A DNA stretch of 41,342 nucleotides from an uncultured Gammaproteobacteria bacterium (GCA_964365275.1 CAYIOW010000003.1:1-41342); one strand, 5' to 3'. Shown: positions 27,946 through 35,044, counted from the first letter of the stretch. Made by a program: numbers and translations. The notes: generated by a model from the sequence alone, not told the origin.

Positions 27946-28494
27946 GGGGACGATCGGCTTCGACGTGAAGTAAGTGATCTGTCTGCGCGAGCCGGGGGCG
28001 CACAAAACCCCGTACATCCTTTGTGCAAGAAATAACTGCCAATTTCATTTCAAAGCTCAAGGACGCTTTCCGCGTTCCAGCTTTCGCCCTCGCCTAAGCG
28101 CGACGGCGCGTTCCACCGTCTGACGCCTTCTGGGGCGGATGGGGCGTTATAAAGAAGGCCGACATCCCTTCAGCATTCGCAGTGCGGGGACTGCCGATTG
28201 GCTCTGCGAGTCATCGTCAATTCGTTTTGACCGCTTTAAAGAATTGATGATGTTAGGAACCTCTCCGAAAGTCGCTTCCGTCCTGAAAGCGAATATTTTT
28301 CCAGGCTGCTTCGTCAGTATTCCTCAATGATATAACCATATCATTTCCGGAATCCTTCCTCGCATCCTGAAAAAATCTTTCGCTTTCATACTGGAACGGA
28401 CCTTCAGAGAGGTTCCTAAATAAAAACGGCTACGCTCGTACACGCTTCAGACATTGCATTACGGACCCGGGTTCAATTCCCGGCGTCTCCACCA
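27946..28494 (+). ncRNA. ssrA: tmRNA (549 nt); tag peptide ANFISKLKDAFRVPAFALA at 28038-28097
   Basis: GGGGACG/CGTCTCC-ACCA acceptor stem with G3-U; T-arm CCGGG-TTCAATT-CCCGG; ATAACT-GCC resume context; tag ends FALA; adjacent to smpB. Confidence 0.95.
28256..28416. mobile_element. 161-bp MITE-like hairpin inserted inside ssrA
   Basis: Ends GGAACCTCTC/GAGAGGTTCC, TA on both sides, internal TGAAAGCGAA/TTCGCTTTCA pairing. Confidence 0.7.
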
Positions 28495-28497
28495 TCC

Positions 28498-28676
28498 TTC
28501 GCCTCCCTAGCGAAGGATGTCCTCCGTAGCGCTCCATGCGCGTAGGAGGATACAACCGTTACCTCTTACATCTTGGGGCTACGGATGGCAGGCCATATTC
28601 GCCTCCCTAGCGAAGGATGTCCAACCCAGGGCTTATTCATTCACAACCTGCTTGCGACTACGAATGGCGGGCCATG
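28498..28676. repeat. Repeat cassette between ssrA and the GIY-YIG gene
   Basis: 25-bp TTCGCCTCCCTAGCGAAGGATGTCC at 28498 and 28598; CTACGRATGGCRGGCCAT twice. Confidence 0.82.
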
Positions 28677-28698
28677 TCTTATTTGCGATTCTAGTAAC

Positions 28699-28965
28699 AT
28701 GTTTACCGTCTACATTATACGGAGCCAAAAAAATTTGTCTTACTATCGTGGATTGACAGAGCTCACCGTGCAGGCCCGACTCAAATTTCACAATAACGGT
28801 TCGGTTCCTTCAACAAAGAGCGCTCGTCCGTGGCAACTGGTATGGTATGGTGCATTTGAAACCGAGCTGCTCGCACGAGCATTTGAAAAATATCTGAAGT
28901 CGGGTTCTGGCCACGAATTCACACGAAGACACCTCACAGTATCTCGCCAAATACCAAATACTTAA
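28699..28965 (+). CDS. Small stand-alone GIY-YIG nuclease
   Basis: MFTVYIIRS...YYRGLT...RLKFHNNG...STKSARPWQLVWY...ARAFEKYLKSGSG. Confidence 0.92.
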   Translation: MFTVYIIRSQKNLSYYRGLTELTVQARLKFHNNGSVPSTKSARPWQLVWYGAFETELLARAFEKYLKSGSGHEFTRRHLTVSRQIPNT

Positions 28966-28988
28966 TACTAAATACTTTTCTCTCAACA

Positions 28989-29552
28989 ATGCGCATACAC
29001 AGAAAACGATATCACGGACAACAGGCAAAAGAGCCGGAACTTGCGTTTGAAGCAAACGCGAAGATTCGCGCCGACGAATTGCGTGTAATTGGAGAGACAG
29101 GCGAAATGCTCGGAGTAATGTCAAGAGCGACAGCGCTTCAACTCGCCGAAGAGCGCGAAAGCGACCTCGTCGTCGTTTCGCCGAAAGCCGTGCCGCCTGT
29201 AGCCAAACTCGTAAACCTCGGGCAATTTAAGTATCAGAAAGAGAAAGAGGCGCGAAAACAGAAAGCGCAAAGCAAGCAAACCGAAACAAAGGTGATTCGC
29301 CTGACTCTTCGCATCGGCGAGCATGACCAAAATGTTCGTATGAAGCGCGCGCTTGAGTTTTTGGGGCGCAGAGACAAGGTAAAGGGTGAGATTGTTTTAC
29401 GCGGCCGCGAAAAGGCGCATGTTGAACTGGCAAAAAAAATCCTTCAGACATTTATGGACAAGCTTACTGTCGCCGCCGGCAAACCGATTCAAGTTGAACA
29501 ACCAATCAGTTACATAGCTGGACGCTTGACAATCGTGGTTGGTTTGAAGTAA
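28989..29552 (+). CDS. infC: Translation initiation factor IF-3
   Basis: NAKIRADELRVI, DLVVVSPKAVPPVAK and LRGRE motifs. Confidence 0.97.
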   Translation: MRIHRKRYHGQQAKEPELAFEANAKIRADELRVIGETGEMLGVMSRATALQLAEERESDLVVVSPKAVPPVAKLVNLGQFKYQKEKEARKQKAQSKQTETKVIRLTLRIGEHDQNVRMKRALEFLGRRDKVKGEIVLRGREKAHVELAKKILQTFMDKLTVAAGKPIQVEQPISYIAGRLTIVVGLK

Positions 29553-29619
29553 TCTCCGTCCGAATTAATATTTTCTAACCCTTCCTCCCTTCCATACTTC
29601 CCACCTCTTTCCCTTCCAT

Positions 29620-29820
29620 ATGAAACTCCGCACGAACAAATCCATCGCAAAACGGTTCCGCGTCACAAAAAACGGCAAGATTTTGAAGCGGCATGAAGGC
29701 CAAGACCATTTCAATGCCCGAAACACCGGCAAACAAACCCGCCGTAAGCGCCGCGACCACGCGCTGTCTGAAACAAACCGCCGTGCGGTTCGCCACGGCA
29801 TGCCGTACGAAAACGCGTAA
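29620..29820 (+). CDS. rpmI: 50S ribosomal protein L35
   Basis: MKLRTNKSIAKRFRVTKNGK; infC-rpmI-rplT gene order. Confidence 0.97.
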   Translation: MKLRTNKSIAKRFRVTKNGKILKRHEGQDHFNARNTGKQTRRKRRDHALSETNRRAVRHGMPYENA

Positions 29821-29915
29821 GCATAAATAAAGAATCAAGGAATCAACGAATTTGCGACACATTAATTTCCATTCCCTGATTCCTTGATTCCCTGATTCCC
29901 TATTCCTCGTTCCAT

Positions 29916-30260
29916 ATGCCTAGAGTAAAAAGAGCGGTACAACATGTTAAACGCAGAAAAACGCTCCTTTCAAAAACGAAAGGAATGCGTTGGGGACGAA
30001 AAAATCGGATTCGCCTGGCCAGACCGGCCGCTTTGAAAGCCGGAAGTTACGCCTATCGCGACCGCAGAGCGAAGAAGCGCTCTTTCAGAAATTTGTGGGC
30101 AATAAAAATAAATGCCGCCGTCCGACCGGTGGGACTCTCATACAGCCGATTCATCCACGCGCTGAAATTGAAGAGTGTTTCGTTGGACAGAAAGTCCCTG
30201 GCCTATCTCGCTGAATTCAAACCCGCGGTGTTCCGGAAAGTGGTGGACGCCGTGAAGTAA
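29916..30260 (+). CDS. rplT: 50S ribosomal protein L20
   Basis: MPRVKR...YAYRDRRAKKRSFRNLWAIKINAA. Confidence 0.98.
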   Translation: MPRVKRAVQHVKRRKTLLSKTKGMRWGRKNRIRLARPAALKAGSYAYRDRRAKKRSFRNLWAIKINAAVRPVGLSYSRFIHALKLKSVSLDRKSLAYLAEFKPAVFRKVVDAVK

Positions 30261-30280
30261 CTGAATCCTGATACTGTACA

Positions 30281-30335
30281 GACGCCCAACATGTCCCGCT
30301 TCTCGCGAGAGGCGGGATGGGGGCATCTTTGTTTT
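30281..30335 (+). terminator. Terminator of infC-rpmI-rplT
   Basis: GACGCCC...TCCCGCTTCTC-GC-GAGAGGCGGGA...GGGCATC stem followed by TTTGTTTT. Confidence 0.7.
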
Positions 30336-30366
30336 GACCAGCAAAATATAATCCGGAAATGCACTT

Positions 30367-30488
30367 CACCCCACCTTCCGCCAAAGGCGGATCCGCCTCG
30401 GGAGGAAACCTCCCCTGCGAGGGGAGGGAATTAATAAAGCGACATGGTTCATAGTTCCCTCCCCTGTAAGGGGAGGATGGGAGGGGTA
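30367..30488. repeat. Inverted doublet of family A with a nested 30-bp family D insertion
   Basis: CCCCACCT[TCCGCCAAAGGCGGA TCCGCCTCGGGAGGA]AACCTCCCCTGCGAGGGGAGG, then an inverted copy at 30455-30488. Confidence 0.85.
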
Positions 30489-30513
30489 AAGCCCATTAAC
30501 ACATCATCATGCG

Positions 30514-30542
30514 TTGACGAAAGCGCAAATGAGCGATAATGT
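30514..30542 (+). promoter_or_regulatory. Promoter TTGACG-N17-TAATGT
   Basis: sigma70 spacing, upstream of 30601. Confidence 0.6.
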
Positions 30543-30600
30543 TTCGGCGGACGGGGACAATGTATCCACAGCCCGTTAAAGACAACGGGAGGAGAATGAG

Positions 30601-31554
30601 ATGAGTAACGACACGAGTACGCCCGGACTGCCGGGACTGGGAGCGCGACCGACAGTAACGCTCTCAAGAGGTGATATTGACGCAATCGCCGCCGCGCTGT
30701 TGAAGACAACTCGCTTCGGCGGAATGATTGGCTCCGCTATCGCAGAACGAACAGACGCCGGCGTAGACGCTCTAGTTGAGCAGGCGGGACAACGAGTGCT
30801 CGCCGCGGCTCAAGGAGTCGCGGATGCGACAGCAAGGGACGCGGCAACGAGGGCTCGAGTAGAGTTTAACCGCGAGGCGGTCAAGCTGAACAACGACGCC
30901 GAGAAGCGCGTGAACGCGCTTGGCGGACTCGTTGCAAGCAAAATGCTGGAAGGACGAAAGGAAGCACGACGACGGTTCTGGCTGTTCTGCGCGAGCTTCG
31001 CCGGAATCTTCGCAGTCGCTGCGGCAATCTTCATCGCCTGGACTTTCGCCATGAATGGCAGGGTTCAGAAGAGCGAAGAGAAGCTCGCAAACGCCGAAGA
31101 ACGAATGAGTACGATTGCAGACGGCGCGGCGCGAATCGCTGTGGACGCAAAGATGCAACCGCTCACCGAGCGCGTTGACGCAATCGCGAGGAACGTGAAC
31201 GAACAGCGCGAGTTGCTGAACACGCACACCGGCGAGATTGCCGAACTTCAAGACGAAGACGCTTCGCTCGCGAAAAAGCTCGGTGCCATTCTGAACCGGC
31301 TTGACGCGTTCGGCCAACGGCTTTTCACGGAAGAAAGCGTAACCGCCGCCATCTCCTCGGACTTCGTCCCGAGCGGAATGGACAACGCGGCGAACTCACG
31401 ACTCTGCCGTGAACAGGAGCCGAAGAGGAAGACGGACGACGGCGCGGACATCCTGAAGTGCAGAGATGGCATCAACGGCAAAGGGTATACACTCGCTTGC
31501 CGTCCGTCGCCTGCTGGCTGGACAAACTGCCGCGCGCATCTAACCACCCAATAG
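30601..31554 (+). CDS. Bitopic coiled-coil membrane protein with a C-terminal four-Cys domain
   Basis: RRRFW followed by a TM; heptad-rich segments; SD GGAGGAG; higher GC than the backbone. Confidence 0.85.
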   Translation: MSNDTSTPGLPGLGARPTVTLSRGDIDAIAAALLKTTRFGGMIGSAIAERTDAGVDALVEQAGQRVLAAAQGVADATARDAATRARVEFNREAVKLNNDAEKRVNALGGLVASKMLEGRKEARRRFWLFCASFAGIFAVAAAIFIAWTFAMNGRVQKSEEKLANAEERMSTIADGAARIAVDAKMQPLTERVDAIARNVNEQRELLNTHTGEIAELQDEDASLAKKLGAILNRLDAFGQRLFTEESVTAAISSDFVPSGMDNAANSRLCREQEPKRKTDDGADILKCRDGINGKGYTLACRPSPAGWTNCRAHLTTQ

Positions 31555-31597
31555 GGAACTCCCGAAGGGTGTGTTTTTTATATACGAATAACATTAA

Positions 31598-31686
31598 ATT
31601 ACACAGGGAATACGCAGGAATACACAAGAATTAAAAGCAATTAACTTCAATGCTACACATATATTTCTGCGTATTCCCTGTGTAAT
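31598..31686. repeat. Inverted-repeat element with 20-bp perfect arms (family E)
   Basis: ATTACACAGGGAATACGCAG / CTGCGTATTCCCTGTGTAAT; related sequence at 8375-8408. Confidence 0.8.
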
Positions 31687-31701
31687 CCTTTTCCCATCCG
31701 T

Positions 31702-31730
31702 TTGACAAATAGACAATTTTTTGATAAAAA
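31702..31730 (+). promoter_or_regulatory. Promoter TTGACA-N14-TGA-TAAAAA
   Basis: Same layout as the promoters of the other GC-rich genes. Confidence 0.65.
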
Positions 31731-31816
31731 TCCCAGTCCTGCACATTTGCAGGCAAGTTCCCCGGCAACACCGGAAAGCCCCGCATTCCGCGGGCAAAAA
31801 GCGCCTTTGGCGCAGT

Positions 31817-31873
31817 ATTCCGCCTCTGGCGGAAACATTCCGCCTCTGGCGGAAACATTCCGCCTCTGGCGGA
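31817..31873. repeat. Three tandem 20-bp units containing palindrome TCCGCCTCTGGCGGA (family D)
   Basis: Palindromes at 31819, 31839 and 31859, directly before the SD. Confidence 0.9.
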
Positions 31874-31887
31874 GAAAGGAGGCGGCA

Positions 31888-34284
31888 ATGTCCGCCAAGA
31901 AGAACAGGGGCGCCAAGCGCCCCAACCACACCGCCACCGGCAGAGCAATGCCGGCGGCTCCCCCACCCTCCCCCGACAACACCGACGCCCCGTTGGCAGG
32001 GTCGTCGGAGAGCATCGCGCCCGTCGCCGGCCCCGAGCCGAAGACGGACGAGACCGGTGGCGGGATGCCCGACTCCGGTCCCGTCGCCAATCAGGGCGAC
32101 GAGGCCGAGAAGCCCGAGGACAAGTTCTTCGGAGCCGGAAGCGGTCTCGCTTCTACCGACCCCCTCCCGACCATCGGGTCAGAGGGAGCGGAGAAGAAGA
32201 CAGCGGACGAGCCCGAGGATAAGAAGTCGGGAGAACCCGGCTCCTCGTCCGCAACTGACGACCCCGAGACGGAGTGCTGTCTCTGCGGACACAAAGCCCC
32301 GCGGAGCCAGATGAAGCCGAGCCCCAGTGGCATGTTCTGGTGGTGCAAGGAGACAGAGCAGTGCTTCTCCCGGCAGCGGCACAGCAGGAACATGAGGACC
32401 GCGAACGCGGCGGCGGCTCCCCCACCCTCCTCCGACAACACCGACGCCCCGTTGGCAGGGTCGTCGGAGAGCATCGCGCCCGTCGCCGGCCCCGAGCCGA
32501 AGACGGACGAGACCGGTGGCGGGATGCCCGACTCCGGTCCCGTCGCCAATCAGGGCGACGAGGACAAGAAGTCGGGCGAGGCCACGGCCGAAACGCCGAA
32601 GGGCGCCGAGATCGTGGAGACGAAGTCGGGAGAACCCGGCTCCTCGTCCGCCACGCCGGACCCCATCGGGACCGGCGTCAAAGACGGACAGATGCGGGAC
32701 ACCCCCGCTTCCGAACCGTCCTCGGTTGCCGGCGAGGGTGAACAGCCCAAGCCCAACGCCGAGACGCCGTCCACTGTGGATGACCCGGAGGAAGAGTGTT
32801 TACATTGCCGGATGAAAGCCAAACGAAGCAGCATGGTACCCATCGCGCCTTCGTCTGCCATCATCAAGTGTGCCGACAGCGAGGCATGCGATATGAGGAG
32901 TCAGGCGCAGCGTAAAGCTGGGATGGAGTGGACCACCACCGGGTGGCAGAAGAAGCCGCCGGCAGTTCCACCTCCCCCCGCGGACGCGACGGCTTCCCAG
33001 CCACCCACGCAGAGGATGGCACCTTCGGTCGTTCCGGAACCCACCCCGGGTCCAGCGCCGAAGACGGACACGGTTCCTTCTCCCGCCATCCCATTGGGAG
33101 ACGAGAGCGGGAAGCCGGGCGAGGCCACGGCCGAAGCGCCGAAGGGCGACAAGACCGTGGAGACGAAGCCGGAAGAACCCGGCATCTCGTCGGAGACACC
33201 GGACCCCATCGGGACCGGCGTCAAAGACGGACAGATGCGGGACACCCCCGCTTCCGAACCGTCCTCGGTTGCTGGCGAGGGCAAACAGCCCAAGCCCAAC
33301 GCCGAGGCGCCGCCCACCGCGGATGACCCGGAGGTGGAGTGCTTCAACTGCTGGGTGAAAGCCAAACGAAGCAGCATGGTACCCTTTTTGACCTCGTCTA
33401 CCCGCCTCATCTGTGCCTACAGCGAGGCATGCAATGAGAGGTATCACGCGCAAAGTGAAGCTGGGATGAAATGGACCGACACCGGGTGGAAGAAGAAGCC
33501 GCCGGCAGTTCTCCCTTCCCTCGCGGACGCGGCGGCTTCCCAGCCGTCCCCGCAGAAGACGGCACCTCCGGCCGTTCCGGAACCCGTCCAAGGCCCCGAG
33601 CCGAAGACGGACACGGTTCCTTCTCCCGCCATCCCATTGGGAGACGAGAGCGGGAAGCCTGGCAAGACCGAGATCGTGAAGACGAAGTCGCAGGCAGTTC
33701 TCCCTCCCCCCGCGGCCGCGGCGGCTTCCCAGCCGTCCCCGCCAGCGCAGAGGACGACGCCTCCTCCGGCGGTCGTTCCCGCCCCCGCTCCTCGTCCGGC
33801 GCCCGCTCCACAGCGGAGCGAGCCCAAGCCGGAGGAGAAGAGCGACGGTCCGCTCCTCTCCAAGAGCGAGGTCACCGCCCTGTCCAAGGCGGTGGAGAAT
33901 GACAAGAGAATGGCGCCTCCGGCCACTCTCGCTCCCAACTGGAAGCGGGTGGCACTCGTGGCGGCTGCGCTGCTCGCCCTCGTCCTCCTGACGGTGGTGA
34001 TGTCCATCGCAGTGGACGAGTGGTCCACCACGAAGACCGCGAGCCCCTCGGGGCCGTGCGTTGTTCTCGCCATCACCGATGTGGTGGTGGAGAAGAACGA
34101 GGTGCGGTGGCGGTGCCACCAGCAGGCGGAGGGTGGCAAACTGCAGGCCACAATGACCTGCAGCGAGCTCGGGCCATACATCTGGCCCGACCGCGCTCCC
34201 TTCACGGGAGACGGGGGCTTTGCCTCCGTGCCGGACCTCAAGTCCTGCCGTCCCCTCCAGAAGAAGACCGCCTCCAACAAGTAG
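31888..34284 (+). CDS. GC-rich Pro/Ser/Glu-rich bitopic protein with three CxxC...C-x5-C modules, internal duplications and a C-terminal four-Cys domain
   Basis: SD AAGGAGG before ATG 31888; duplications with periods of 459 and 543 bp; TM WKRVALVAAALLALVLLTVVMSIAV. Confidence 0.85.
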   Translation: MSAKKNRGAKRPNHTATGRAMPAAPPPSPDNTDAPLAGSSESIAPVAGPEPKTDETGGGMPDSGPVANQGDEAEKPEDKFFGAGSGLASTDPLPTIGSEGAEKKTADEPEDKKSGEPGSSSATDDPETECCLCGHKAPRSQMKPSPSGMFWWCKETEQCFSRQRHSRNMRTANAAAAPPPSSDNTDAPLAGSSESIAPVAGPEPKTDETGGGMPDSGPVANQGDEDKKSGEATAETPKGAEIVETKSGEPGSSSATPDPIGTGVKDGQMRDTPASEPSSVAGEGEQPKPNAETPSTVDDPEEECLHCRMKAKRSSMVPIAPSSAIIKCADSEACDMRSQAQRKAGMEWTTTGWQKKPPAVPPPPADATASQPPTQRMAPSVVPEPTPGPAPKTDTVPSPAIPLGDESGKPGEATAEAPKGDKTVETKPEEPGISSETPDPIGTGVKDGQMRDTPASEPSSVAGEGKQPKPNAEAPPTADDPEVECFNCWVKAKRSSMVPFLTSSTRLICAYSEACNERYHAQSEAGMKWTDTGWKKKPPAVLPSLADAAASQPSPQKTAPPAVPEPVQGPEPKTDTVPSPAIPLGDESGKPGKTEIVKTKSQAVLPPPAAAAASQPSPPAQRTTPPPAVVPAPAPRPAPAPQRSEPKPEEKSDGPLLSKSEVTALSKAVENDKRMAPPATLAPNWKRVALVAAALLALVLLTVVMSIAVDEWSTTKTASPSGPCVVLAITDVVVEKNEVRWRCHQQAEGGKLQATMTCSELGPYIWPDRAPFTGDGGFASVPDLKSCRPLQKKTASNK

Positions 34285-34330
34285 AGGAGACGGCAAGCGT
34301 GTAGCGGCGCGTCTTCCGCTACGAAAACAA

Positions 34331-34366
34331 GACCCCGGCATCCTATCTGGAGCGGGGTCGTTTTTT
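34331..34366 (+). terminator. Intrinsic terminator
   Basis: GACCCCG...CGGGGTC stem followed by GTTTTTT. Confidence 0.72.
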
Positions 34367-34379
34367 AACTCTTACTATT

Positions 34380-34636
34380 GTCATACCCCTCCTAACCTCC
34401 CCTACATAGGGGAGGAAGTTAAAGTACATAACTCGCTGGTATTTTCTTCTCCCATATGTAGAGGAAGAAATTAAGGAACATGACTCACTAATGTTCTCTC
34501 CTCCCCTACATAGGGGAGGAAGTTAAAGTACATAACTCGCTGGTATTTTCTTCTCCCATATTTAGGGGAGGAAATTAAGGAACATGACTCACTAATGTTC
34601 TCTCCTCCCCTACATAGGGGAGGTCGGGTAGGGTAT
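34380..34636. repeat. BIME-like array of five family A palindromes with a 104-bp tandem duplication
   Basis: CCTCCCCTACATAGGGGAGG at 34396, 34500 and 34604, with degenerate copies between; linkers alternate A-B-A-B. Confidence 0.92.
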
Positions 34637-34646
34637 AGTTTCGCAT

Positions 34647-35021
34647 ATGCGTTCCCCATATAATCCCCATTTTCAAAAATCTCGTCGTCAGCATCTACGA
34701 AACGAGTCAACCTCGGCCGAGCAAATACTGTGGAAACATATTTCTCACAAGCAATTGGAAGGAAAAAAGTTTCGGCGACAATATGGAATCGATAACTTTA
34801 TTGTTGATTTCTATTCTACTGAACTTCGTCTTGCGATTGAAATAGACGGAGATTCACATTTTGAAAGCGAAGAAGCAGAAAAGAACGACAAAGAAAGAGA
34901 AGAATATATTTCCAAATCTCACAACATCAAGTTTTTACGATTCACAAACGCAGATGTTATGCATAATATATCCGGAGTAGTTGGTACGATTCTTGATTAT
35001 ATTAAGTCATACCCCTCCTAA
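34647..35021 (+). CDS. DUF559 (Vsr-like PD-(D/E)xK) endonuclease domain protein
   Basis: LRNESTSAEQILW, KFRRQYGIDNFIVDFY, LAIEIDGDSH and LRFTN motifs. Confidence 0.95.
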   Translation: MRSPYNPHFQKSRRQHLRNESTSAEQILWKHISHKQLEGKKFRRQYGIDNFIVDFYSTELRLAIEIDGDSHFESEEAEKNDKEREEYISKSHNIKFLRFTNADVMHNISGVVGTILDYIKSYPS

Positions 35022-35044
35022 CCTCCCCTTTTCAGGGGAGGAAT
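35007..35044. repeat. REP-like family A copy holding the stop codons of both DUF559 and udk
   Basis: GTCATACCCCTCCTAACCTCCCCTTTTCAGGGGAGGAA; TAA at 35019-35021 (+) and TAG at 35018-35020 (-). Confidence 0.9.

Noticed and set aside
28256-28416. Group I intron in tmRNA
   Set aside because: It is too short, forms a single long hairpin, is not in the T-loop and shows no recognisable catalytic core.
31702-31887. N-terminal extensions in the ORF track (also 4321, 10044, 15585, 23983, 25243, 28573, 38719)
   Set aside because: They run through promoters, repeats or neighbouring genes; downstream ATGs match family starts, signal peptides or SDs.
32790-33500. Diversity-generating retroelement TR/VR pair
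   Set aside because: Differences are not adenine-specific (C-T, G-T and G-C changes are present), both copies are in one frame, and no reverse transcriptase is in the window.
34380-34636. CRISPR array (palindromic repeats with a ~52-bp period)
   Set aside because: The linkers alternate A-B-A-B as a 104-bp duplication, the repeats vary, the same motif is dispersed genome-style, and no cas genes are adjacent.
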